Below, piece after piece: positions 40,273 through 53,017 of a stretch of DNA of 64,000 nucleotides. Origin of the DNA: Octopus vulgaris (Eukaryota). The notes beneath the pieces are model-generated. The model was not told the origin of the DNA and searched no databases. It saw only the letters and a program-made list of their open reading frames with translations. The stretch's first letter is position 1. The number at the start of each line of letters is the position of its first letter. Made by a program: the position numbers and the translations under genes. The DNA is taken from positions 28,086,001 to 28,150,000 of the forward strand of contig OX597834.1 in assembly GCA_951406725.2 (NCBI GenBank). The letters are read 5' to 3'.

Positions 40273-42490
40273 CCTTTCTACTAAAGGCACAAGGCCTGAA
40301 ATTTGGGGGGAGGTGACTAGTCGATTATATCAACCCCAGTGTCTCACTGGTACTTAATTTATCAACCCCAAAAGGATAAAAGGCAAAGTCGACCCTGGCG
40401 GGATTTGATCTCGCAACGTAAAGACAAATGAAGTGCCACTAAGCATTTTGTCCGGCATGCTAACGATTCTGCCAGCTTGCCACCTTAATAATAATAATGA
40501 TAATGGAAATAATAATAATAATAATATACACTACTGGATTGGGTTCAAAAGGGAACACACACACACCATCCCCACATCATGATACCCCTTTTTTAAAATT
40601 CTGGACCCACCCTTCCTACAGAAGTTTTTCCATTTTACTTTTAGTTTATTGGTTTGTATTTTCTTTTCTTTTTTTTTTTGTTTCCAGACATGATTTTTTA
40701 CGTCAGTTTTAGCTGGGCCGACCGACCGGCAAGATGATGTGTAACAAATGGGGAAAAAAAAGAAAAACACACATGCATGCATACACACACACACATACAC
40801 ACAAATACTCTCTCTCTTTTTTTCTCGGTGTCTGAGCAAAATCTTTATAACTCCAAACTCACAAAAAAAATATCACCCACCTTTCATCCTTTCTCCAGAA
40901 ACTTGTCCCATTCTATGAGATGAAAAAAAGCAGGCAAAAAAAAACAAAAAATAATTAAAAAAAAACAATGTAATTTTTTAAAAATAATACGGTAAAAGTC
41001 CGTATTTCGTTTCATTTCATTTCATTTCATTCCATTTCGTTTTGTTTCGTCGGTAATTCATTTCGCAAGGCCTTCACGAAGAGGTTTACAACAAATATCG
41101 CTTTTAAAAAGTTCGTCAATTCCAATCGTAGTAATTCTTGTAGCTATTGTTCTTGTTGCAGTTGTTTAACCTCCATCCCAGGAACACCTTGATTAAATAC
41201 ACACACACAAGCAATCAAAGGCGTTCCAACTACGACCAACCTGTCTGGGCTTTTCTTTTCTTTTCTTTCTTTATGTTCATTTTTGCTTTCTTTTCCTAGG
41301 TTTAGAATATATTTCTCTACAACTACATCCATTACCAAATATGTCCTTCATTCCTTCTTTAAGACAAGTGTGATATGGCTGCTATTTCTAACAGGCCGAG
41401 CAATCACGCACTATACACCAGTTTGGTCCAAGAGAGGTCTCTCATCTGTTTTTAAGTCCAACATCTTTTAAAGTAGAGGGATGGGTCTTCTATCAATACA
41501 TTTTTGCTTTTCTATTTTTTCCCTTTCATCTCTTAATTCCATCAACACAGTTGTTGTTGTTGTTGCTATCATCATAATCGTTTTTGTTGTAGTCTTCATA
41601 GATATTGTTGTTGCTGCTGCTGTTGTTGTTGTTCTAATCATTTTTTTCCCCATTCAACGCTTTTGATGATTGTTTTTTTGTTTTTTGTAGAATATTTTTT
41701 TTTTCCCAAATTTTTTTTTTTTTTGCTTTTGTGTTGTATTTTTTTATTAGTAAATTTTACATTTTAGATATTAAAAATTTTTTTTTTCTTTTAAAAAAAG
41801 AGTAAGGAGGAGAGGGAAGAGGAAATATTAATTTCCCTGAAAGAGGTGGTGGTGGTGGTGGTCATTCATTGCCAAATGTAAAAACTATTACTATTTTCAA
41901 TTCAAAGTTCCTTGCATATACTTTGATATCATATACATATATATATATATACACACATACATACATATATATATTTATACAATGTTGCGTATATGCATGT
42001 TTGGGGGTAGTGTGTTTATGTGTATGTATGTGTGTGTGTGTGTGTGTGTGTGTATGAATGACAGCTGTCCAAGACCTTGTGTTTTCTGTCACACGGCTAT
42101 AGTCTCGAACCAGCTAAGTAGTAAGGTCCAGCTGACCATTCATACAACAGTCTGTCTTTCTGTCGGTCAGTCATACTGTACTTGAGAGAGAGAGAGAGAG
42201 AGAATGAATGAGTAAATGAGAAAGAGAGAGAGAGGAGACAAAGACAGGAGCATAAAAAAGTGGGGGAGTGGGAGAGAATTTAGGGAAGGGAAATGGGGTT
42301 ATAAAGAAGGATCAAGAAGGGAAAGATCGGGAGGGGGGCGGGGGGTGTTATCATCATCATCATCATCAAGAAGCAGTATGCATGGGTATGATAGTATTTC
42401 TCCAACAGCAGGAAGGGTTAGCAATGGAAAAAAAAAAAAACAAAAAAAAACAAAGGTTCTGTGTCCGTAGGGGCTGGTTAATGGGTAGTG

Positions 42491-42631
42491 TTATGTCGCT
42501 TCAACCGGTGACATCTGTGCGGTCCTACCCATGCTGTATACACTTTCTAGGTTGGCCAAGTTCTCAAAGTAAGGGATGAGGTCGTACAGTTCCCGGTCTT
42601 CTTCATCGTCGAACCATGAACTGACTGGAAC
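42491..42631 (-). CDS. CTDSPL: CTD small phosphatase last coding exon: [46 protein letters not shown]
   Basis: Polypyrimidine tract plus cag acceptor; VPV-x-SWFD-x3-D-x-EL motif; TAA stop at 42491-42493. Confidence 0.95.
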   Translation of the reverse strand, partial: VPVSSWFDDEEDRELYDLIPYFENLANLESVYSMGRTAQMSPVEAT

Positions 42632-42748
42632 CTGGAGGGAAAGAAAGACAGTGTTAGAACATTGAAATATTTTATATGAAGAATCAGATACAAACGTGTG
42701 TGTGTGTGTGTGTGGTTGCTGTTTGTAGTGTTGTTTAGCTCCATATCT

Positions 42749-42980
42749 ATTTCTTTACAACCCACTAGGGGGCTAAACACAGAGAGGACAAACGAGGACA
42801 GACAAACGGATTAAGTCAGTTATACTGACCCCAGTGCGTAACTGGTACTTATTTAATGGACCCCGAAAGGATGAAAGGCAAAGTCGACCTCGGCCGAATT
42901 TGAACTCAGAACGTAAAGGCAGACGAAATACGGCTATGCATTTCGTCCGGCGTGCTAACATTTCTGCCAACTCGCCGCCT
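42749..42980 (-). mobile_element. SINE family B (GTCGACTTTGCCTTTCATCCTTTCGGGGTCGAT core); many copies, e.g. 3475-3703, 6371-6785, 21220-21452, 59050-59278
   Basis: GAGTTCAAATTC B box; 18-bp TSD ttgtttagctccatatct at 42731 and 42981. Confidence 0.9.
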
Positions 42981-43590
42981 TTGTTTAGCTCCATATCTGA
43001 CTTGGGTCAGCAGATCTATGACCAAAGATAGTCTCCAGCCTTGACCATCCCATCTCCCATAGATTAGGCACTTAATAATAATAATAATAACCATTTAACT
43101 TTCATTTTCCATGCTGGCATGGGTTAGACCACTTGACAGGATCTGGTCCGCTGAAGAGCTGCCCTGGTTCCATGTCCGTTTTGGCATGGTTTCTACAGCT
43201 GGATGCCCTTCCTAATGTCAACCACTTTACAGAGTGTACTGGGTGCACTGATGGGTGCTTTTTACATAATGCCAGCACCCACGAGCCTGCAAGGTTGGGA
43301 ACACTCAGCTCAAGAGGGATGCAGGGGACATGCCTGTATGCAAGGACAACCACGTATTTACTTAGCTTGACATGTCTTCTCAATCACAGAAAACCACCAG
43401 AAGTCCCGGTCCTTTGTCATCCCCTCTGTGAGGCCAAACATCTCAAGATCCTTTCTCACCACTTTGTCCCACGTCTTTCTGGGTCTACCTCTTCCAACAA
43501 CCACAACAACAACCACAACAACAATAACAATAACAATAACAATAACAATAACAATAACAATAACAATAATAATAATCAGTAACTACTTAC

Positions 43591-43677
43591 TGCATTTTGT
43601 GGATGGAAGATATAAGAAGCTGGTGAGTTGTCCACAATCACCACTTGTTCAAGTTCTCGCCCTAAACGACTCAAATC
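43591..43677 (-). CDS. CTDSPL: CTD small phosphatase exon: [29 protein letters not shown]
   Basis: 87 bp, tttgcag acceptor and GTAAGT donor; DNSP motif. Confidence 0.96.
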
Positions 43678-43907
43678 CTGCAAATAGTAAAAGAGAAACA
43701 CTGGTTAAATTTCTTAAATGGTGGCAGTTGCTGTTTAATTTGTAGTTTAGCCCTGGGTCAACACTGATCAAGCAGATCTATGGACCACGTAGCATTTCTT
43801 ACCCTACCTATCCTGTCTTATATACACATATGTGTATGCATGCCTGTATGTATATATATGTATATACATATCTACATATATATGTGTGTATGTGTGTACG
43901 CATACCT

Positions 43908-43942
<35 letters not shown>

Positions 43943-44214
43943 AGATAATGGTGTCATGGAGACCCAAAAGTGTCAGGTAATGCTGAATAAGTGCTATAGA
44001 CAGACCATAGTTAAGTTCCAGATTCAGTAATATTGCGAATAAAGGGTTCAACGTTGGTATATAAGAATATATATATAAGAATTTTCTGCGTAATAAGATA
44101 CAAAACCAATGCTGTATAGATATTAGAGCATTTACACCTCACTCTTTCCTCCACCTTATTCTCTATTTTGTATCACATCTAAACTAACTATGACTTAACT
44201 TTTCCTCTCACACC

Positions 44215-44269
44215 GTCTCCGATGAAGGGATATTATTATTAATTAATATTCTAGAAACAGCTGTAAGAC
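44215..44269 (+). ncRNA. Minimal type I hammerhead, U4C core
   Basis: GUCU CCGAUGA A GGGAUAUUA..UAAUAUUCU A GAAAC AGCU GUA^ AGAC; stem III ACAGCUGU is palindromic; lies inside an inverted repeat (44068-44134 / 44277-44345). Confidence 0.7.
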
Positions 44270-44332
44270 CTATCTATAAATGCTCTAATATCTATACAGC
44301 CTTGGTTTTTTTATCTTATTATGCAAAAAATT

Positions 44333-44375
<43 letters not shown>

Positions 44376-44470
44376 CGGGAAGGTTTACAAAAATAAACAA
44401 AAGACGAAGGCAGGTGGAGTACAAACAAATAATGTATTAGTATGGCACTCAGGAAGAGAAATAAAACAAG

Positions 44471-44508
44471 TCTTTTACGTTTCGAGCCTACGCTCTTCAA
44501 CAGAAAGA
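44471..44508 (-). ncRNA. Minimal type I hammerhead-like motif, A6U core
   Basis: UCUUU CUGUUGA A GAGC GUAG GCUC GAAAC GUA^ AAAGA; perfect stems I and II, loopless ACGU stem III. Confidence 0.65.
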
Positions 44509-44606
44509 TACACAGAAAAGAAACAAGGAGAGAAAAAAATTATTAAGTGTCTTCTATACTGAGAATCTCCGGATCTCATCTGTAGACAATACATATATAT
44601 ATACAT

Positions 44607-44655
<49 letters not shown>

Positions 44656-44678
44656 AAGAGAGAGAGAAAGAGAGAGAG

Positions 44679-44735
<57 letters not shown>

Positions 44736-45344
44736 AGTACTGATGCAGATAAATATGACTAGGCTGGATAGATAGAGAGATATGTTTCTTTATTAGCCAC
44801 ACAGGGCTGCACACAGACAGAACAAATTACAAGGTAGAGCTTTTCTTTTGGGGTAAAAAAGAGGGGGTTGGTTTTCGATCAAAAGGGATCGTAAAAGGAA
44901 AGAAAGAGGACAAAACAAAGGGGAGGATTTTTAAAAAAAGGGGGAGGGGAGAAAAGGGGAGAGGAAAAAAAACTGGATCAATAGGGATCGTAATCACAGA
45001 AATGTCAATATGAAGTGTAAAGGGGAGGACAGGTGAGGTTTACCCGTGGAAAGAAAAGCCTACGGAAAAGACCACGGTAACCTCGGTCGATGAAGTCATG
45101 TTATAGATAGATAGACACATATATCTACATATATTCAGAAAGATACACACACACACACATACATACATACATACATACATACAGATATATTTATACAGAG
45201 CATAAAAAGTACAGAATATTATTAAGAAGGGGCTACATTAATTTATGTACGATATATATGTATTTACATGAATGTATGTGTATATGTATATATGTATACA
45301 CACACACGCAGGCAGAAAAGAAATTACGAAAGATCCAAACTTAC

Positions 45345-45443
45345 TTTAACATAATTTCCGCGATGAAAGACACAAGATTCCCTGAAGAGGCGAGCTCTGA
45401 AGACGTCCCATTTGTCCAGAAGATCGGCAACTGGGTCAGCATA
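45345..45443 (-). CDS. CTDSPL: CTD small phosphatase exon: [33 protein letters not shown]
   Basis: 99 bp, cag acceptor and GTAAGT donor; near-identical to the SCP1 motif. Confidence 0.96.
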
Positions 45444-45846
45444 CTGTGGGAAGGAAGATAAAGCAATAGAGAATATTGTCACCATAAACACCCAGGTGTC
45501 TTGTGCACAACATATTATTAATGACACAAAGTATCACACATCACAACATAGTAGGATATATCTCCACTAACAACACAAAATACCAAAAACGTTCAGATTT
45601 CAACAGCACAACTTTATGTTTAGTATTTCACGCTGTACACACTTACACAGATACATTTTACCATCTACACATCATGTTTCAACTAACACTGTAACCCTGC
45701 CAACATGATCTAACTCTCACACTGTAACCTTCTCCACTGTACCACCACTAGTGTTCAGACTTCTGCACTGTATCCCATTAACCTGCTCTAACTCTAATAC
45801 TGTACCCCATCACATATGTTCAGACCGTTATTTTGAACACTTGTAG

Positions 45847-46425
45847 ACACCCGTGTACATATTTACAAAGTCAGAAAACAGCATAGCTCCCATGACTTTA
45901 GGAAACATTTTTTTCAGGCTGAGAGTTGAAGCATGGAACAAACTGTCGGCATTAGTTGTTAGTTGTTGGAGCACTGCATCCTTCAAAACTTCCATGCTTC
46001 CTGAGATTCGCCAACACTACACCTGATTGACTTTCAGAAACATTTTTTTCACACTAAGGGTTGCTGAAGTATGGAACAAACTGCCAGAATCAGTTGTTAG
46101 TTGTCGGAGCACTGCATCATTCAAAACTTCCATGCTTCCTGAGATTCGCCAACACTACACCTGATTGACTTTCAGAAACATTTTTTCACGCTGAGGGTTG
46201 CTGAAGTATGGAACAAACTGCCGGAATCAGTTGTTAGTTGTCGGAGCACTGCATCATTCAAAACTTCCATGCTTCCTGAGATTCGCCAACACTATACCTG
46301 ATTTCCTCCCCTCCATACACACACTGTTCGCTTTCCAGACATTTGTACATTACTGCATAAACTTTATACGCACTTTCTGACAAGTTGTGGTGCACCTGAG
46401 CACTGTATACAATAATTTCATTATC
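45847..46425 (+). mobile_element. CR1-like LINE 3' end with a triplicated ~138-bp unit
   Basis: RKHFFTLRVAEVWNKLPESVV-type CR1 C-terminal motif repeated three times. Confidence 0.65.
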
Positions 46426-46942
46426 ATACTATAGTAAGGTTCTCACATGCTACCACCCAGACAACATGTCCACACTTCAACACTAACCCTTGCAACATAT
46501 ATTAGCATTCACAGTGTACCCCCATCAACATGTTCTAATTCTCACACTGTATCACCCACTGGTGTTTAGACTTCTGCACAGTACCCCACCAACCTGCTCT
46601 AACTCTTACACTGTACCCCCCATCACATATGTTCAAACTGTTAGACTGTCAACATATTAAGACTCCCACACTGTTCCACCTAGACATGTCTACACTTATA
46701 TACTACCCCAGCAGCATATTTGAACTTCCACCCTGTACCACAAACACATGTTCACGCAGTCACACTGTACCCTTATGGACGTGTCTAAACTTCCACAGTT
46801 TATCAACCACATATAAACTTCCACAGTATCTGCCACACAAACTATCTCGATTTCATGTACACTGCACATACACTTATTACACACCAATACACTTATTTAC
46901 AGATGCACAGAAAATGAAAAGAAGAGTGAATCACTGATTTAC

Positions 46943-47035
46943 CTTAGCTAAGCTGGCAGTAAATAAAACACACTCATAAAGTTCTCCCATTTTCTGGAGA
47001 AACTCATCAACATAAGGCCGCTTTAAAACGTAGAC
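46943..47035 (-). CDS. CTDSPL: CTD small phosphatase exon: [31 protein letters not shown]
   Basis: 93 bp with canonical splice sites; KRP and FTAS motifs; not listed in the ORF track. Confidence 0.96.
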
Positions 47036-47114
47036 CTAGAAATGAAACAAGACAGAAAAAGAAAGAGAAGTGAGAGGTAAACTTACATAGAGATATATGC
47101 ATGTACACACTGTA

Positions 47115-47174
<60 letters not shown>

Positions 47175-47326
47175 CACTCATGAATTTCATTACAAACAAC
47201 ATGGACCAAATTTCTTCTTAAGAAAAAAAATATATTCATATAAATTAAACATTATATCATGAATAGCGATTGCGAAACCGGTCGATATATTAAAAATTAT
47301 ATTAAAACCATGTAAGTGTGCGTGTG

Positions 47327-47369
<43 letters not shown>

Positions 47370-49576
47370 AGAAAGTGAGAGTTGTATTTTAATGTAGAGG
47401 TGTACATGTGCAATCAATGGATTATGTATACATCTACATAAAGGTAACCTAGTCTTGTTTTTTAGGAACGTATCTGGGACTACATTGTCTAATGTGTTAT
47501 TCCAGTTTTTACACAGTACAGTATGTGTATAAAATCAGAGAATTAGGCTGTTATTTCTAGCAGATAAAGATACCACATAGGGGTTCACGTGTATGCACAA
47601 ATTGTAGGAATTAGACTATTATTTCCAGCAAGGCTGAGGTACCGAATGAGAGTTACCTCACTGGCTTGTGAAGGTAGTAGTGTGTGAAGTCACAGATGCT
47701 GGACGAGTTAATAAAGTGTTAAAGAGTTGTTTCCCTTGCTTCAAATTTTTTGTTTTTTTTTTAGATTTCGAACAACTTGGTCTTTGGAGAAAGCTTTTTG
47801 TCTACTAATAACATAAATAATCTCATCATATGAGACAGGCAGAAACGTTACAGTGTTGGGTAAAAAGCTTCTACAGTATTTATTCAAGCACTCAGCGCTA
47901 CGAGTTCAAATCCTACCAAAGTCAAATTTTATTTTTTGTCCTTTCAGGAACAATAAAATATAGTACCAGCCAAAAACTAGACTCAATAGAATCAATTAAA
48001 CCCTTGCTGGAACATTCTTGGCCATATACCAACCAATACTAGAAACAAACCATGTGGTTTCAGGTTCAGTCCTGCTCAACATCACATCACCTTGGGCATG
48101 TATCTTCTACTGTAGATCCAGGCTAACAGATGCCGTGTGAGTGAAGGTTGTAGATGGAAACTGTGTGGAAGCCCATCACGTGTGTGTGGGGGGGTGAGTA
48201 TACACCTGTATTTGTGTTTGAATTTGTCCCCCATCATCACCACCACCTGACAACTAGTGTTGCTTTGTTTATGTCCTTATAACTTAACAATTCAGCGAAA
48301 GAGACCAATAAAATAAGTACAAGAGCTGACTGGTTCAAACTAAGCCCTCCAGTGCTCCAGTACGGCTTCAGTGCAATGACTGAAACAAATAAAAGATAAA
48401 TATAAAGCCTTGCTAAACTTGTTATCAACAGCCAAGTCCTAGGTCTACAGTTAAAATCCTGCAACCAGCACCTCTCAGTGTCCTTGAGCTAAATAGACTT
48501 ACCGCTCCCTCACTTTGCTACCATCATCATCATCGTTTAACGTCCATTCTCCATGCTAGCATGTGTTGGACAGTTCAACTGCGGTCTGGGAAGCCAGAAG
48601 GCTGCACCAGGCTCCAGTCTGATCTGGCAGTTTTTCTACGGCTGGATGCCCTTCCTAACGCCAACCACTCCATGAGTGTAGTGGGTGCTTTTTACGTGCC
48701 AGACGAGGCTGGCAAACGGCCACGATCAGATGGTGCTTTTTACGTGCCACCGGCATGGAGGCCAGACGAGGCTGGCAATGGCCATGATCGGATGGTGCTT
48801 TTTACGTGTCACTGGCACGGAGGCCATTCAGAGCGGCGCTGGCAACGGCCACGTTCGGATGGTTCTCTTACGTGCCACCGGCACTGGTATCACAGCTACA
48901 ATTTCCATTGATGTTGATCGATTTCGATTTTCGCCTTTCATTAACCCATAGGCATAGGGAGTGGCTGTGTGGTAAGTAGCTTGCTTACCAACCACATGCT
49001 TCCAGGTTCAGTCCTACTGTGTGGCACCATGGGCAATTGTCTTCTACTATAGCCTCAGGTCAACCAAAGCCTTGTGAGTGGATTTAGTAGACAGAAACTG
49101 AAAGAAGCCTGTCGTATATATATATATATATATGTATGTATATGTGTGTGTGTGTGTATGTTTCTGTGTCTGTGTTTGTCCCATCAACATCGCTTGACAA
49201 CCGTTGCTGGTGTGTTTACATCCCTGTAACTTAGCGGTTCAGCTAAAAGAGACCGATAGAATAAATACTAGGCTTACAAAGAATAAATCCTGGGGTCGAT
49301 TTGCTCGACTAAAGGCGGTGCTCCAGCATGGCCACAGCCAAATGACTGAAACAATTAAAAGAGTAACCCTTTTAGTGGCACTTTATGATATGCAGTGATG
49401 CAGTCTGGCCCATTCTAAAACCTGTGCTCGGGTTTGTAAGGGAAATAACTATATAAGCATTTTTAGAGATGTAAAGTATAATAGCCATCTCAATATGGCT
49501 AACCACAAAAATGCTTATATAGTTATTTCCCTTACAAACCCGAGCAACGCCGGGCGATACTGTAAGTCTCTATATA

Positions 49577-49652
<76 letters not shown>

Positions 49653-49911
49653 TATGTATCAGTAAAAAAAAAATGTATGCATCAAAAGAGGGAAAAAAAC
49701 CCAGTGTTTTGAAACAAAAATAACCTTTGTGATAATTGTTCTGCCCTGTTTTAGCCATTTCCTTATATCACTGTTTGCCACCAGAAATGGAAATAAACCA
49801 ATGATTCTGCCCATTAGAATCGTATGACCAATAACATTCATTATTCACCAAAGTAACAACAAACAAGTCAAGGGGAAAAAACATAACAGAGGAGGAGGAG
49901 GAGAAGAAGAT

Positions 49912-50064
49912 TAATAATAATAATAATAATAAATAATAATAATAATAATGATAATAATGATAATAATAATAATAATGATAATAACAATAATAATAATGAT
50001 AATAACAATAATAATAATGATAATAACAATAATAATAATAACGATAATAATAATAATAATAATG

Positions 50065-50101
<37 letters not shown>

Positions 50102-50109
50102 TAATAATG

Positions 50110-50150
<41 letters not shown>
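49912..50150. repeat. (AAT)n microsatellite starting about 10 nt into the intron after the 57-bp CTDSPL exon
   Basis: Seen directly; similar tracts at 4340-4435, 5250-5315, 6238-6369 and 16178-16262. Confidence 0.95.
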
Positions 50151-50153
<3 letters not shown>

Positions 50154-50161
50154 GCACTTAC

Positions 50162-50218
50162 TTGATGTGTAGTACCCTCGATTTCCACAGGAACAATAAA
50201 ATCTGCATTGTCTATAGG
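50162..50218 (-). CDS. CTDSPL: CTD small phosphatase exon: PIDNADFIVPVEIEGTTHQ
   Basis: 57 bp with canonical AG/GT; matches SCP family PVNNADFIIPVEIDG. Confidence 0.95.
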
Positions 50219-50910
50219 CTGAAAGAGAATAAACAGTCTGTTATTCTTGGCCAATTCCTGAATTTGGAATTTCATAAATGATAAAACAGTCACACATTCT
50301 TTGCTTGACCAGCAGAGATATCTGTCAGCTGGACAAAGCAGGCTTTGATATTTTGGTTTCTGTTGCTGTTTGTGAACACAGGAGCTACTTTGTGCAGAGA
50401 GGCACAAAGAGACTTGTTCTTCAATTAAGCCTATCCATCGTTAGACACTACAAGCAGTGTTGTTCTTAATCAAAGACGCTACTGAGCGGATGGCTCCGGG
50501 AGAGAGTGCAGGGGTGCAATGGTATGGGAGAAGGTGAGCAACCATACAAAGCAACCACTGAATCACAACATCAAATGATTATTTACAGCAGTGCCAAACT
50601 AACCATCCAGCCACTGTGCTTATTCACACCTCTCAGCTTTCAGGATTGAGAGTTTGGTTAGTTAATGCTACTGGAACTTACTAGTAATGCCACACGTTCC
50701 GTGTGTTTTTTCTCTCGGTGAAACAAGTTATAACAGAAGGAGGCAAGTGTGTGTTCCAATTTCATGATTAAACTTTCATATTTAGCACTCGTCAATAAAA
50801 TAATTACTGGTTGAATGTAATTGACTTACCAACTCCCTCAAAATTGCTGGTCCCATGCAAAAATTTGAAACCAATATTTAGCACTCATCATCATCATCGT
50901 TTAGCATCCA

Positions 50911-51095
50911 CTTTCCATGCTAGCATGGGTTGGACAGTTCAACTGGGGTCTGGGAAGCCAGAAGGCTGCACCAGGCCCAGTCTGGCATTAGGAAGGGCAT
51001 CCAGCAGAAACATTGCCAGATCAGACTGGGCCTGGTGCAGCCTTCTGGCTTCCCAGACCCCAGTTGAACTGTCCAACCCATGCTAGCATGGAAAG
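50911..51095. repeat. Fold-back of a (GAT)n-tailed retroposon 3' end; perfect 74-bp arms
   Basis: 50911-50984 is the exact reverse complement of 51022-51095; the ORF track gives matching peptides on both strands. Confidence 0.9.
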
Positions 51096-51284
51096 CGGAC
51101 GCTAAACAAAGATGATGATGATGATGATGATGATGGCCATGGTCCACTGACTGAACCAAATAAAAGATGAAAGACTCCATCATTGAATAAGGATGGATTC
51201 CTTTGGGTAACGTAACTTTAGAGATGTACACAAGACCATGATGCTCATGGTAGGAACATCTTTGATTGCAGGCCTGAAAAAGCT

Positions 51285-51507
51285 TTAACCCATTCGTTAC
51301 CAACCTGGCTGAAACTGGCTCTGAGGTACAAATGCCTTGTTTTCAGAAGTTTTGAATTAAAATCTTCCACCAAACCTTAGTCACAATTTATGTTCCTAAC
51401 ACTAGCTTAATGATAACGAAGTTGTTTTACTAAATTCTTTGTTATATTTGAAGTAATTGAAAGAAACACAGAGCATCTCAAAAGAAATACAGCAATGAAA
51501 GGGTTAA
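51285..51507. mobile_element. TTAA-flanked MITE (piggyBac-like)
   Basis: TTAA-CCCATTCGTTAC ... GCAATGAAAGGG-TTAA; a partial copy lies at about 51700-51815. Confidence 0.65.
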
Positions 51508-52035
51508 GAGGAGCATTTGGTTGTAAAACACTCTCTTGAAAAAGCTGTCCAACTCATTCCAGCATGGAAAAACAGATGTAAGAATGATGACAAATGATGG
51601 CAGGAGAAAGGCAAATTCTTTAGGATAGAATTGAGATCCTCTGATAACTCATGGATGGTTATATCAAAATTTCATGTAAATTTACGTTCCAAACACCAGC
51701 TTAAACCTTTCGTTCCTAACACTAGCTTAATGATAACTAAGTTGTTTTACTATATTCTTTGTTGTATTTGAAGTAATCGAAAGAAACACAGAGCATCTCA
51801 AAATATATACAGCAATATACTAGCACGACACTAGCACGACAAGAGAAGTCAGTTTGTAGCTGTAATAAACCCAATTCTTAGATATGACTGTTCAACAAGG
51901 AGTGTTCAACAAGATGTTTGACTGTGTGCAAGACATCAAGGACAGCAATGCCATCGATAGTAAGAGTACAGGGGTGCCCAATCTGGGTAGATAAGCTGAA
52001 AGAGTCAGCAATCAATGTTTAATATATATATAATA

Positions 52036-52637
52036 TAATGAAATTATTGTATACAGTGCTCAGGTGCACCACAACTTGTCAGAAAGTGCGTATAACGTGT
52101 ATGCAGTAATGTACAAATGTCTGGAAAGCGAACAATGTATGAGTCAGATACATGCTTGTGTGTGTATGGAGGGGAGAAAATCAGGTGTAGTGTTGGCGAA
52201 TCTCAGAAAGCATGGAAGTTTTGAAGGATGCAGTGCTCCGACAACCAACAACTGATGCCGGCAGTTTGTTCCATGCTTCAGCAACTCTCAGTGTGAAAAA
52301 ATGTTTCTGAAAGTCAATCAGGTGTAGTGTTGACAAATCTCAGGAAGCATGGAAGTTTTGAAGGATGCAGTGATCCGACAACCAACAACTGATGCCGGCA
52401 GTTTGTTCCATGCTTCAGCAACCCTCAGCGTGAAAAAATGTTTCTGAAAGTCAATCAGGTGTAGTGTTGGCGAATCTCAGGAAGCATGGAAGTTTTGAAG
52501 GATGCAGTGCTCCGACAACTAACAACCGATGCCGGCAGTTTGTTCCATGCTTCAGCAACCCTTAGCGGGAAAAAATGTTTCCTTAAAGTCATGGGAGCTG
52601 TGCTGTTTTCTGACTTTGTAAATATGTCCACGGGTGT
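52036..52637 (-). mobile_element. Second copy of the triplicated CR1-like element, inverted relative to 45847-46425
   Basis: Reverse complement with the same three-unit structure. Confidence 0.7.
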
Positions 52638-52705
52638 TAGACAGGTGGAGTTTGAAAAGGTGCTCGGATCACCAATGATAACAACAACAACAACAAGCAG
52701 CTTAC

Positions 52706-52807
52706 CTTAAAAGAACTATGCACAAGGGTTTCATCCAGGTCTATTACCATACATTTCCTGAAAGGATGGTTGCTGTTAAGGGCAGGTAATAAATATCGCT
52801 CTCCTGG
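52706..52807 (-). CDS. CTDSPL: CTD small phosphatase exon: [34 protein letters not shown]
   Basis: HAD/FCP1-type DLDETLV catalytic motif; ttccag acceptor and AAG|GTAAG donor; 102 bp, phase 0. Confidence 0.96.
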
Positions 52808-53017
52808 CTGGAAGAGAAGAAAAAGCAGACACAAAAATTAAACACATGAAACTCCTAGCAGCAAAACGGGTTGTTTTTTAATTTTATTTTCCGAATCATG
52901 AATAATTAAAAGTCTAGATGCCTTTATCATTAGCTAACAAGATGACCTACCCCCATCATTTAAATATTTTTTCTCTAACTCACCCATAAAAATAAGGGGA
53001 TGGTAGGTTTAAGTACC

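Noticed and set aside
47036-50161. miR-26-like intronic microRNA, since vertebrate CTDSP genes host miR-26
   Set aside because: No TTCAAGTAAT-like sequence or convincing pre-miRNA hairpin seen; miR-26 is vertebrate-restricted
50219-50407. Open frame continuing upstream of the 57-bp CTDSPL exon
   Set aside because: There is a good acceptor at 50219-50221 and the upstream catalytic exon exists; the extension has no recognisable homology
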